DNA of 54,253 nucleotides, filler included, from Hydrolagus affinis (taxonomy: Eukaryota), in the NCBI GenBank assembly GCA_012026655.1. It is 3 parts of 3 records of this genome, joined end to end, with 100 filler letters (N's around TTAATTAATTAA, not from the genome) between each part and the next. Parts side by side here need not be neighbours in the genome. Positions count along the whole stretch, not along the records: positions 17,100 to 42,476 come from JAAILG010009951.1; positions 42,577 to 54,253 come from JAAILG010023160.1; 1 more part is not named here. The stretch is one strand, 5' to 3'. This document shows positions 36,766 through 49,108 of this stretch, in pieces. Under the pieces are notes generated by a model. It saw nothing but the letters and a program-made list of their open reading frames with translations. It was not told the DNA's origin and did no database searches. The translations under genes and the position numbers were made by a program. Numbering within the stretch: the first letter of the stretch is position 1; every line of letters begins with the position of its first letter.

Positions 36766-39700
36766 CTGATAATAATACCTCCACATAAAAAAAATTGTTC
36801 ATTTCAACCCACGGCTGTTTGTGGGGGGACGCTGCTGTGCGCAATTGGCTGCCATGTTTCGCCCACAAATATACAGTCAATTTGCTTTACAGTACATTCT
36901 GTGAAGCGCTTTGAGATAGAGTCTAGAAGACGTGAAAAAGCGCTATATCCAATGCAAGGATGATTATTATTATTATTATAGGAACTCTGTTCCCTAACCC
37001 TCTCTGTAGATCTCTGTGCCATCATTCGACCATCTCCCGAACCGAGGTTGCTCGTTCTATCATTCATTCAGTAGAACCTGTCACCCTTTACTGTAAAGTG
37101 ACTGTGTATTTTGCGGGGGGGGCGGGGGGAATGCGGCGCGAATCTGCACACAGCAACGTCTCCACAAACAGCGGGGAAGTGAGTGACCAATTTTCTGTCC
37201 TCGGGATTGTCGGCAGGACACTTAAGAGAGAACAGGACCAAGGGATCTTTACCAAATGTGCATAAACACATTTGCACATTTGCACATTTGCAAGGATTAT
37301 TATAAACGAGTGTATTGGGTAGCGCGGGCGGGGGGAAAACTTCCGTTTAAAGACGCAATTTCCCTCCCCTTGCATTTGTTCTGTGTGTGTGTGTGTGTGT
37401 GTGTGTGTAGGCCTCAGCAGTTCATACTCAAAGTGCCACCATTCAGTATTTGGTTTCCCCCCCACCCTCTCTTTTTTCTCTCTCTCTCTCTCTGCATTAA
37501 AAGCGCCAGCTAATTAGTATAATGGACTGCTGTTTATTGAAGTGATTGATTTAAAAGTGGAGCTGGAGATGCGGTATGCGCTTTTTCAGCGAGAGAATTA
37601 ATGAGCAAAGTGACTATCCATAAGTGGTGCATTAAAGGCTCTCCCAACAATTTCTGAGTTTGCTCTCTCTCTCTCTCTCTCTCTGTCTCTCTGCACCTCC
37701 TCTCAGTCAACAACTAGAAGTGTCTGACTTTTGGTGACTTGTTCTGAAGAGTTTTGACGTGTTTATGGAGCTCCTTTCACGTCGGGAGGACGTCCCAAGG
37801 CGCTGAACAGTCCCGGACGGGACCCGAGCAAGGGAGAGGGGCAGGGTGGTGGGTGGGGTGGGGGAGTTCTAGTTGTCTCAAAGTGCTTCACAGAACATAC
37901 TGTAAAGTAAATTGACTGTATGTTTGTGGGCGAAACGCGGCAGCCAATTGCGCAATTGCGCAGCGTCCCCCACAAACAGCCGTGGATTGAAATGAACCAA
38001 TTTTTTATTATGGGTTGTTTTTGGACGGATTATATTATTAGGTGCGTGGAGTAAAGAAACTTGCCCAATTAGAATAGAGAAGCGAGTTTCTCTCCCGCTG
38101 TGTCAGCCCGCCAACCCTTCAGGAGAAAATGATCGATCTCTTCTTCAACAACAAAATGACGCTTTCACGTAGCGCATTTCACATCAGGAGAACGTCCCAA
38201 GCGCTCTGAGACGCCGTCCGGCGTGGAGGGCGCTATATAAATCAAAGTTGTTGTTGTTGTCCCAAGACCCGAGCTGGGGTCAGACTCGAGTAGTTGAGAT
38301 CGCGGGCCTGGTGGATGTCAGTCTTAGCCTTGCGTTTTCTATCACATTCCTGGCAATAAAACTCATGGCTGGAAAGTATAGGAACTGGGTCCTTGTTATC
38401 CTTATTTGGTTTGAAGCTCTCACCTCTCCGTAGTGACTCCCAGACTAACTGTAATTCAGAACATCTGACTCTCCCGAGTGTCTTTAACCCTGCGTTAATC
38501 AACAAGCAGAACAGGCATAGGATGAGGCCATTCAGCCCATCAAGTAAGTTCCACTACATTAGACCTTGGCAGATCTTTCATTCCAATGCCATACCTCTTC
38601 TGCTGAAGTCTCTGTAAGCTTCCTCATTAATTCTACTTCAAACAGTTTCCTATGTCAGAGCGTTCCACATCTTCACAGCCCTGCGCTAGAGGGAGTGAGT
38701 TCCACAGGTGAGGGGGAAGGAGGAACTGAGCTTTGGGTCCTGGATTGGGAAAGGCGGATGTTGCCGGGCAAACGGAGAGGCCATGGGTGGAACGTGTAAA
38801 TTGCACCAAAGTGCTGATCAAATGTGTGGGATTGACATGGAGCCAGAGGGTAAATACTGTCACTGGAAGCTTTCCAGGAAGTTCTGGGAGCTTGGCCAAA
38901 CACATCTTCTTGAAGCCTAGAATATCTAATGGGGTTTCCAAATTAGCCTGATTGACTCTCAATTGCTGAAACTTTTACTGGGGCCCATTTTTGGGGGAAA
39001 AAGCCCAGAGCCCTACTTTCTTCCTCAGCGTCCTTTTTGTGGACGTGTTTTTTAGTCTGTTCCTCTTTAGCAGGATCTTAGCTTGAGCAGCCTCCTGGCC
39101 CCATTATGTCACGTTGACCAGACCTGATACTCATTACTTAACTCCTGGTGCTTTTTTTAACATCAACTTGCACTTGTATAGAGCCCTTCACGCAAGATGC
39201 CAAGCATCACGCGAGGGCATAATGTCAAGATGGGGGGAGGGAGGAGGTGAGTGTCAGCACGGTCAAAGAGGGAGGTCCTCAGTCGCGATCAAAAAGAGGA
39301 CGAAGGAGGAGGCAAGATGGAGGGAGGGAAGAAATTTCTCAAGCTACGAGAGATGGGGCACTGGCTGAAAGGGCGGATGTGTTGGCAGTGGAGCAGGGGG
39401 TGCGAGGGACAAGCAGGAGGCCAGACTAATGTGAACTTAATAATTATAATAATAATCCTTGCATTATACATTTGTGGGTGAAACACAGCAGCCAATTGCG
39501 CAAGGCAGCGCCCCCCCCCACACAAACAGTCGTGGATTGAAAACGACCAATTTTGATTGGTGTGTATTTTTGTGGACGGATTATTATTTGTGTGTGTGGG
39601 TGTGTGCGCGCGTATGTGTGTGTGTGTGCGTGTGGGTGTGTGGGTGTGTGTGGAGTAAGGAAACTTGCCCGAGGTTTCGCCCTAAACCTGCCCGGATTCG

Positions 39701-40277
39701 AACGCGCAGCTCTCTGGCGCTTGTTAAGGGACCGCGCGCTCTAACTGGGTTCTTTTGGTTCGGGCAGGCGGCATCCCAGGAGGCGAAGGCCTTGGCCAGA
39801 GAGAGTCGCCAGGAGAAGGCTCTGCGTTGTCACACGGTGGCTGTGCTGGCCAGCGACTGTGCCGGGCATGTGCGGGCGCGGGCCGCGTGCCTGGCCAGGC
39901 TGAGGCAGTACGAGAGAGCGGTGGGCGACCTGAGCCGACTCATCGACCGGCGCGGCTCCCCCGAGCCGGTGGCGGACTACTGCGCCAGGGGCCACGTCAG
40001 GCTGCTGGCCCTCAGGGACCTCGAGGCTTGCCAGGACTACGCGGAGGCCCTGAGGCTCGACCAGCCGGCCGCCCTGGCCCTCATCGCCCGCAGGCCCGGT
40101 CGGTCCGCGCTGTCCCAGCGTTTCCACCGCGTGGCTCTCGGCCGCTTCGAGCGAGGGCTCTACCAGGAGGCCTGGAGACTGGTGGACAGTGGGATGGTGG
40201 TGGACGAGGCCAACGTTGAGCTCAGGAGACTGAAAGCCAGGATCAAGAGGGAGGATTCCAGCTGCGTGGTTCACTAG
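25341..40277 (+). CDS. TTC34: Tetratricopeptide repeat protein 34, about 1029 aa, 9 coding exons
   Basis: Exons 25341-25361, 25645-25680, 27843-29296, 29951-30176, 31532-31724, 33513-33679, 35610-35877, 36351-36565, 39768-40277; all GT-AG, phases consistent, 3090 nt. Motifs LTRALAWVLSG, ALDYITACRLRP, YVPWNLRGLL, LARLALLQLKKGFLYDANQ and LKARIKRE match TTC34 as recalled. The first two exons are less certain. Confidence 0.9.
26889..27340 (+). mobile_element. SINE plus partial tandem copy
   Basis: Family consensus. Confidence 0.75.
30292..30612 (+). mobile_element. tRNA-headed SINE
   Basis: Family consensus. Confidence 0.8.
31785..32069 (-). mobile_element. tRNA-headed SINE running into an N gap
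   Basis: Family consensus. Confidence 0.8.
35245..36977. mobile_element. Three SINEs around TTC34 exons 7-8 (about 35245-35500 minus, 35922-36278 plus, 36588-36977 plus)
   Basis: Family consensus; further copies at about 33750-33930, 37780-38070, 39440-39745, 44760-45100, 45235-45370, 46720-47040, 49870-50090 and 51905-52195. Confidence 0.75.
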
Positions 40278-42476
40278 CACGACCTCTCCCTCCCTCCCTC
40301 CCTCCCCATCCATCCCCCACCCAACCACCTCCCCTCCCCCCATCCCATCCCATCTCCTCACCTCCAACCCACCGCCCCTCAGCCCAGGACTCATGGAGAT
40401 TGGCAACGCCGTCAAACCCCATTGGGTCCCCTTTGGCAGAACAGACCGAGACTGATGGCCGGTGGGGTGTTTGGTGACGATCGAGCCCTGAGGGATCGAG
40501 CGGGTTCTGAACCACTGGAGCAAACCTCTGGCCTCGAGACCGATCGCACGGCAGCAGACGTCTCGATGCGAGCCGCAAGACAGGGTCACTCGGAAACGTT
40601 CAACTGTGCCTCTCGGTGACTTATTACGGGGCTAGTAAACTCCACCACCTCATGCACGCAACAAACACTCCCTCGATTTGACTCCCTGATGGCTAGAATG
40701 GGACTTTGTGGAAAAATGTCTGCCAGCCTTGTGTTAGGCGACGGACTCGATTGTCTGTTCGTGAGTGATAGAGGAATTCCACCTGGTGCGAGATTTTACT
40801 CTGTACATCGCCTTATTTTAAAAGCCCACCCCCCACCGCCCCCCCCCCCCCCCCCCCACCCCCCGCCCCTCACTCCAGATTCAGCAGAATTTTTGAATCC
40901 AGCTTTATTTAATTTCGAAGTCCGCTTTCCTGTGAAGGCACGCAGGCACAATCCACTTCAAAGCTAAAAGACCGAATCCAAGCCATTTGCCAAGTTCTCG
41001 ATGCTTCTCCAACGCCGGATTTGGATCCAGATGAGAATTTTCAATCCTGTAAATGTTCACGTTTTGATCTTTTAAATATCGTCTAATCCTGATGAATGTG
41101 TTTCGCCTGGAGTAAGCTTCTACAGCGTGCTGTCTCCCACCTAAATCAAACACACACACATACTCTCTTTGAAATTGACAATGCGCCTTAGCACGTCGCC
41201 GAAACACTGCTCTCTCTCTCTCTCTCCCTTTTTTTCTCTCTCTTTCTCTCTCACCCTCTCTTTCTCTCAGTCCTCTGAAGGTTCATTCAGTGATTTGAGC
41301 TTTGAGCACACGGGGTCTCACCAAATTAAAAATAAATTCAAACGCAAATATTACTCATGGATCGTTGTCGAGGGGCCTACCTACATATGCGCGCCCGCTA
41401 ATTATCAACCACAATCGTGTGGTTACAAATGTCTGGGCAATTGTAATGGGAGTTTGGGTCCACATGAGACAGCTCGGAATACAAAACCACCCATCCTCCC
41501 GCAAATGCCAGCTTGGTTCCTGCCCAGCTCGTTCCTGGCGATCTGCTTAGGAAACGTTGTGTAGGCAGTCGAGAGCCGATTGGGATGTACGACGGATCTG
41601 TGTTCCAAGTGTGTTAGTAAGAGAGAAGGTAGTGTGTGCTTAACGTGGGTCTCTCTGGCACGCTCGCTCGCTCACTCTTTCTTTCTGTCTCCTCACACCC
41701 CACCCCAAGATACAATAGATATACACACACACACGTGTGCGTGTAATGCCAGCTCCCCCACTCACTCACTCACTCACTCACTCACTCTCACTCTGTCTTT
41801 CTCTGGCACACACACACACACACAAAGCACTTTGCTGCATTTGTATGTTATTAGCAAGGTTACATCTTCTGGCTTGACTCAAGTCTTTTATTCGGCTGAC
41901 ACGAAGTCTTTTTGTTCGTGAATTTTTGTACCTGACAGAGATAGGTGAATCAAAGAATTTTCAAACACTTTGCAATCTTAAATACCTCGGTCAGAATCCC
42001 CCTCCCGCCCCCATAAACCCTCCCACACACACACACACACACGCAAACACACTTCACAAACCCAGCCACCTGATCACCTTGTTTCTGCGGACGACAATAT
42101 TGCATATTTGAATAACTGAAAACAAACGATCAAAGGAGTTTGTGAATCACGCTTTTGGGTTAGCAAACATGGATTGCTAATGAGTCGTTTTATATACAGT
42201 GTAAAGTGGGTGTCATGTGGCCATTGTAGTCAAATTGCCAGCTTGGGCGAAGTGTCTTTTCAGCTCCTTTTCCCGAGGTCTCTCGACAGATTGTGAAGAG
42301 CAGCAATAAGGTAAATAAATGATGGGGGTGTGCGGTTGTGGGGGAGTTAATGGTGGGTGATAGGGAAGTGGAAATTCATTTATTTAGTGCCACAAGTGGG
42401 TTATGGCCTCTGGATTTGTGGCAGCAAAAAAAAATTGTGGGCGGAGGGGGGTGGGTGGGGGGGGAGTGGGGCGAGG

Positions 42477-42576
42477 NNNNNNNNNNNNNNNNNNNNNNNN
42501 NNNNNNNNNNNNNNNNNNNNTTAATTAATTAANNNNNNNNNNNNNNNNNNNNNNNNNNNNNNNNNNNNNNNNNNNN
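42477..42576. other. Artificial scaffold linker
   Basis: Identical 44 N + TTAATTAATTAA + 44 N structure. Confidence 0.9.
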
Positions 42577-44342
42577 AAACAATTGAGGTGATGGAATGTC
42601 TGTCCAGTCACCAAGGAAACCCTTGATCTTGCTAGAGCAGAGAAATGGCATCATCACCGACCCTTGTTACAAACCGACTGGACCTCTGTTTGATGGTTCA
42701 ACAGGAGGACAGCTTCTCTGGCATTCTAGACAACCCCCAGGCCTGCACCCAGTGCATCAGTCCAGAATCAAATTTACCGTTTACTGTGCTCAATTAATTA
42801 GCTTCAGAATGCGGTCGGTTGTAAACGAACTAAAATGATCTTTGAATATTATATCTCCTAGCAACAATAATAATAAATGTTCCTTGCATTTTATAAAGCG
42901 ATGAGCTTTTAGACTTCGAGAATATTTGAAAATGTACTACATCATATAGGTGGAATACTATTGTTTTTGCGAATGCATTCAATTGTGTTATTGACGAATG
43001 CTTGTACTGTGCATCCCAGTCTAAAGCAGTATATATTTACTTTGTACCTTCAAGTCTTCACTATCTTTTTTTTAAAGCGAAAGCTGCTACAGCAAAGGCA
43101 GTTATCGTTACCAGTGTTATTACCAGAGCTGTACCCTTCCTTCGTTGGAATTGCATCCAAGGACATAAGCTGTTATCTATGATTTCTAAAATTAGTTAAA
43201 GTAAGTCAGTATTAAAAGTTTTCCAGAATTAAACCAATAAAAAAAACTGATTTTTGTTATCGATATCTAACACTTTGATCAAACCAATATGATCCACTAA
43301 AGGGCAGATGCTTGTTTGTGAGAAGCACAACAATATAGAAACAATCATAGAAAAATTGCTCCTTGATCAATCGAATGCGTTAATCAGGCTTTAGACAAAC
43401 CTTTGTAAATTTCAGCTGAGCCAGCGATAGTGTATAACAGGGAAACAGTGTCAACTGTAACAGGAAGCACCTGTTGTGGCTGCTATGTCAGTTGTTACAG
43501 AAAGCAACGTGGGAAGTTATGTCAGTCGCTGCTGATGTTGTAGGTGTGTTTACATCGCCAACTGTTGGTTGATTACAGCTATAACACGTGTACTGCAGAG
43601 ACAAATGCTTGCAAGTTGTTTTCGTCCCACCCTGTCTTTCCTGTTCATATGCTTTCCTTTGGATATAGATACCTTATTCTTATCTCGCTGCTCGTTTCTC
43701 ATATTGCGTATGCTTCACTGAGAAAATCGACTCCAACCTCATTGCGACGTGTCTCTCATTATACTTGACACGACCAATTTAATTTGATTCCTGATACATA
43801 TCTTGTACTTGGTAATGTTACATTTAGTAATGTTGACATTAAGAATTTACATTACAGAACCATCAGATTTACATGGGTATCTAATTATATTACATTGATA
43901 CAGCGCTAATCACAGTGATGTCTCAAGTTGCTGTATTGCCTTGAAGAGAAGTGAGAAATAATCTGGATAAATGTCACCTCTCTTCTCACACTATGGACCA
44001 ACGTTTATGGTGGTTGATAGTGTGGTTTGCTTCGAAGCGTTGATTTAGTTTGGTCTACATGTACACCCAGAAATGGGTTCAGCTATAGTCTCAGTCCTGT
44101 CAGTCGAGTTTTCCAAATACTGTGCTACAAGAGCTTATTGTAATCGCATAAGAAGCGGGTTCACACTTACAGCAAAGTAATCAGAGATGTGTGGAGTAAG
44201 GAAACTTGCCTAACTATAAACAATTGTAATTACATATCGCCTTCTACGCAGCTTAGAGTGTTTCTCCCTCAAAAGGAATTGAACCTAGGTCCTACCGCTG
44301 TTGAGTTGAGTGCTCTAACCAATATGGCACATAACGCCACAA

Positions 44343-44381
44343 GGATTTTTGAACGGGTGTCTCGTGGATGCCTTCGCTGTG
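44343..44381 (-). promoter_or_regulatory. Recombination signal sequence of V1
   Basis: Heptamer CACAGCG, 22-23 bp spacer, degenerate nonamer (TCAAAAATC or CAAAAATCC). Confidence 0.75.
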
Positions 44382-45516
44382 GGCCTCAGTGCACAAACAT
44401 AGGCAGCGCTGTCGCTGAACTGGAGGTTGTCGATCTTGAACTGGAAATGTTTCTTAGAGGAATCCAACAGGGCAGAGAAGCGTTGCTGACTGATATGCTT
44501 CCCGTAGGAATGCCTTCGGTTGAGGAAAGCGGGCCGTTCACTGCGGCGCTGGCGGTAGAGCAGCACTGAGATGCTGTCACTAGTCGTGGAGACATTACAG
44601 CTGATAGTCAGTGAGGCGATTTCCGAAAGCCAGGCTGCTTTCGGGCTCTGCCTCACCGAATCTCCATCACTGATTCCTACAGGATACAATTGTGTAATTC
44701 AGTGTTGAAACGATTAATACTAAGTTAGAAAACAAACGCTATTGTATGCCACATTATATGGAGTATATGTAGCTCCTGTGGCTCAATGGTTAGAGCACTC
44801 GCCTTACAAACGTGCGACCTTTGTTCATATTCAGGCAGATCAGGGAGAAACTTTGGACGAGTTTACTTACTCAACATGCGTGACTAATAATAATCCCTCC
44901 AAACAAACACAATAATGTGATGAAAACTGTTCATTTTCAATCCACAAATGTTCGTGGGAACGCTGATGTGTGCAATTGGCTGCCGCGTTTCGCCAACAAA
45001 TATACAGTCAATTCACTTTAAGGTATATTCTGTGAAGCGCATCGAGACGTCGATAAGTTGTGAAAAGCGCTATATCAAATCAACGATTACAATTACTATA
45101 TACTATGACACACTTTGAGACGCTTTGAGAATGTCGTCACCCACAGAGATAATTTGTTCGACAACACGAAAGTCTGTAAGAATTTTTCAGTCATTTGAAA
45201 ATTAAATTGGATCGATCTGCAAATGAAACACAATAACAATAATCATTGAATCTGATACAGCGCTTTTCACGTTTTCTAGACGTCACGAAGCTCTTCACAG
45301 AATATATTTTAAAGTGAATTAACTGCAGATTTGTGCCTGAAACTTGACCGTCAATTGTGCATAGCAATGTTAAGTAAACAGGGTTAAAGTAGACTCTGAT
45401 TAGACATGAGCCGTGGCACTAGCATTGACTGGATGCGCTGTCGGTAATGATAACTAGATTAACTAACCATATAGTGAGATTGCGATGGCTGCGGAGAGCA
45501 AATATCCCAACTGCAT
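44382..45516 (-). CDS. TCR alpha/delta-type V segment 1 (open frame, lacks the conserved Trp)
   Basis: Leader 45468-45516 (MQLGYLLSAAIAISLY, donor gttagt); V exon 44382-44676 (SLTISC..VLLYRQ..DSAAYVCALR); followed by an RSS. Confidence 0.75.
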
Positions 45517-46213
45517 TACGTTCAGACACCACAAACAGCATTTATGTCTCTGCTGCTCTTGACACCGTGTGACACTGAGGCCATAGATGTAGCTGAGAAT
45601 CCTTTGTGATGTTGTCTCTTATCTGTGCGTCACTGTCTCGTCCCTCTAGCTGCTGTGGGCGTGTGGCATTCCTCCTATCAGATTCACGCCTTAAACGTGC
45701 TCATTTGAATCTGAATATGCACACCCACAAAATATAGAGATAATTCAATTTACAGTATAGTCTGAGAAGCTCTTTGAGATATATTCATGGTAAGGCGGTT
45801 GATGAGATGGGAGCATGATTATAATAATCACTTATTTCCTCATCAAACGCTCTCTTCTTCAGTTTTCAATACAATTAATCCATTCCGTATTTATTGTAAT
45901 AGCAATATAACCGACCCGCCATTATATCTCAACAAAACCTGTAAAAGTTCGAAAATGCAAGAAGTATTTGTCTTTTGAATTCAGTTAGTAATTCATTATT
46001 AATTACAAACATATTTTGAAGGAATCATATCTACTGTAGATGAATTAATTCACCAGCAACTAAGAAGCGGGTTGCTACTTACTCCTGTCTAAACAGACAT
46101 ACACATAGATTAAGAAAACTTATCCAAAGTTTCGCACAGCACGTAGTCGCACCCAGATACTCTTGCTTGTGAAGCGACTGCTCTAACTTCTGAGCTAGAG
46201 GACACGGCATGAT

Positions 46214-46252
46214 AGTTTTTGTAGGGCGGAATCTCTGATCTGTGTCACTGTG
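46214..46252 (-). promoter_or_regulatory. 23-RSS of V2
   Basis: CACAGTG + 23 bp + ACAAAAACT. Confidence 0.92.
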
Positions 46253-47204
46253 GGGCTCAGTGCACAGTAATACACCGCCGAGTCTGTGGCTCTCACTTGG
46301 GATATATTTAACGGGACGGTTCTCGCCGCTTTATCCACTGTCGTTGAGAAACGTTCTTCTGTAAAGTCTGCGTATTTCTGCCTGTTCTTGGTTGATGTGC
46401 TGAGGATATATTCTGGTGTCTTATTGGGATATTGACGGTACCAGAACAGATGTGGATCGGTGCCGCCGCTTGTAGCTGTATAATTACACTGCAGATACAA
46501 ATTCTCCCCTTCCTTCACTGTCACAGTCGCTCGGAGCTGTGTCACCGTGTCTCCTCCACAATGTCCTGGGAAACACAAACACATCAGCGTTTAATACAGT
46601 AATAACGGAAACATACTTGTGTTTCATATAGCATCGGATAGAGTGATGTGCCATCTCCAAGCGCTTCGCAGTCAATACGGCAGGCAATTGAGTGAATCAT
46701 TGAAGTACAAACGGTCATGGAATAATTATAATAATCCTTGCATTGATATAGCGCTTTTCACTTCTTCGAGACGTCTCAAAGCGTTTCACAGTATAGACTA
46801 TAAAGTGACTTGTCTATATTTTCATTAGTAGCTGCAATTTTTGAAGGGATTTATACGATAGTAAAGTGATCAATCGACTCAATAGAACGCATACCTACAC
46901 ACTGATCGGTAAGCAGTTGTATATGTGAGTTTGTGGAAAAAGGACACTTGCAGTTTCACCCTGTCCCACCTGGAATCGAACTGCGATTTTCCCGCTTGCG
47001 AGGCGAGTGTCATATTCACTAGCTACGGGATACCAAGTACCCAGAAGAGCTATAGTGTATTGCTTATTCCATGCAATACAACTTTTTCTTTCGAGAACAT
47101 GTAAAGGGATTGTATACATATGGAAGAAGCTTGTGGTTACCTGCGAAGGTAATGAAGGCGGCTGCCACGTATATATACATTGTCATCTGTGTTAATGGCA
47201 CCAT
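46253..47204 (-). CDS. TCR alpha/delta-type V segment 2 (intact)
   Basis: Leader 47141-47204 (MVPLTQMTMYIYVAAAFITFA); V exon 46253-46565 (LYLQCNY..LFWYRQYP..DSAVYYCALS); near-consensus RSS. Confidence 0.9.
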
Positions 47205-47370
47205 GTGTTGAGAGAGTGCTGTTGGTGTCGATGAGAGTATTGGCTGGGAAGTAGTAGGATACCGTGAGCAGAGCTGAACATGAAATGACACATACACAAG
47301 TTGCCGCACAATCAGACCTAAGTGAGCAGGTCTGATTATTATTCACAAACCTTGCATGTCTGTCATTTTG

Positions 47371-47428
47371 CGTCACGCACTCTATGCTGCCATCTCGCTC
47401 CTCCATTGGTCCTCTTCCATCACTGACG
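47371..47428. promoter_or_regulatory. CRE half-sites upstream of the V2 leader (also 45628-45632 for V1)
   Basis: TGACG/CGTCA at 47371-47375 and 47424-47428; CRE-like elements are known in TCR V promoters. Confidence 0.35.
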
Positions 47429-48212
47429 TGCTTTCCTGTCAGCCGGGTGTCTGACACCTGCAGTAAACTTCACCCATATTGATTGTATTCCAAATAATAT
47501 AAACGAGTTAAACCTGTACGTGCCATTGAGCATGTCAATGTGGCTTGAGTAAGGAGGTTGGTCTTTCTCACTGGAGGGAGACTTCAGGATTAATTATTTT
47601 CCAATAGTTCTGGGCTCAGACTAGTGTGGGACAACACGAGAAGAGGTACTATCTACATTCTGATTACAGAATCATAACTTCTCTGTTAATATTAGTGTCC
47701 AGGCTGGATTACGCTAACTGTCTGCAGCTGCTTCCCCTCTATTCCATTCACAATCTATAGCCTGTGCAGAGATTTGAGTTCATATTAAGAATACAAACAA
47801 TCCTTGCTTGTGATATAGCGGTGGTCAATTGCATACATCAGTGTATAGCAATCAGTCCTGGAGAGTCGTCCATTTTATTAATAGAGTATTGATCCAGGAA
47901 AGGCTATCAGTCGGTAGACTAGCAGCCGGGTTCCCATATAATACTCTGCATTAATGTAATAAGTATAACCCATTGGATTGAAGGACCAATTTATTAATAT
48001 AATCAATATTCTGAACGAATTCTTACACCCGGAATAGCGAGTCACCAATCCACTAACTACAAAGTTCAGACTTACTGCAATGTAAAAAGCGACATATGTC
48101 GTTTTTGTACATGGCAGTAAGGAAGCTTGCCCCACATTTCGCTCAGCCGTGAATTCAAACCCTTGTATCTTGCCTGTGAGACGAATGCTTTAACCATTGT
48201 GCTCCACATGTC

Positions 48213-48251
48213 AGTTTTTGTAGGGCGGTAACGCTGATCTGTGTCTCAGTG
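48213..48251 (-). promoter_or_regulatory. 23-RSS of V3 with variant heptamer
   Basis: CACTGAG + 23 bp + ACAAAAACT. Confidence 0.85.
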
Positions 48252-49108
48252 GGGCTCATTGCACAGTAATACACCGCCGAGTCTGTAACTCTCACTTGAG
48301 ATATATTTAAAGGGACAGTCTTCCCCACGGTATCCACAACCGTTGAGAAATGTCCTTTGGCAAACTCTGCATATTGTGGATTGTTCCTAACGGATGTGCT
48401 GAGTATATATTCTGGAGCTGAATTTGGATAGTGGCGGTACCAGAATAGATATATATTGGTGTCTATTGCTGCTGTATAATTACACTGAAATATTGCATTC
48501 TCCCATTGATCTGCTGTCACAAAGGATTGGAGCTGTGTCACAGCGTCGCCTTCACAATGTCCTAGAAACAATACAAATGAAAAATTATCATATAAATAAT
48601 AATAATCACAAAAATATTGATGTAAGTAATCATTACATTTGCTACAGCGGCTTAGCCCGTATCTGCTACTGCACAAAGCGCTTCACGGAATGTAAATTAA
48701 GCACATTTTCTGGGAAAAACGTCAGAACCAATTGCGCGTATCAGTGTCCAAAAAAAAAAACGAGTTAATTGAGTGATTTATATCAGATTCCATTTTTGGA
48801 ATTCAATGCGTCAGAGATGCGATCAGTAAGTTTATCTACAGTAGAGTTCATATTTAAAATTACTGAAAAATGTACGCATGTGTGCAGCAAGTAAACTTGC
48901 CTGCAGAGTCGCCCTCCCTACTCACTGAGTTACAGGACGCGAAAGCTTTCCAAGTCCTGCAGTTTATTGGTCAATTCATGCAATAAGAAAAAATACTGAT
49001 TGGATTATATGTGTATGAATATATAGAGTGAGTGCGTGGCTTACCTGCGAAGATAACGATGGCTGCTGTCATATAAATATACATTGTGATTTGTGTGTTT
49101 AGTCGCAT
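48252..49108 (-). CDS. TCR alpha/delta-type V segment 3 (intact frame, paralog of V2)
   Basis: Leader 49045-49108 (MRLNTQITMYIYMTAAIVIFA); V exon 48252-48561 (FQCNY..LFWYRHYP..DSAVYYCAMS). Confidence 0.88.

Noticed and set aside
23173-40589. Many overlapping or antisense ORFs (e.g. 23716-24396, 28567-28944, 39741-40589)
   Set aside because: Expected by-products of GC-rich coding exons of the B7-like gene and TTC34.
43911-43917. Isolated CACAGTG heptamer
   Set aside because: No nonamer at 12 or 23 bp and no adjacent D or J segment; no D, J or C segments were found in the window.
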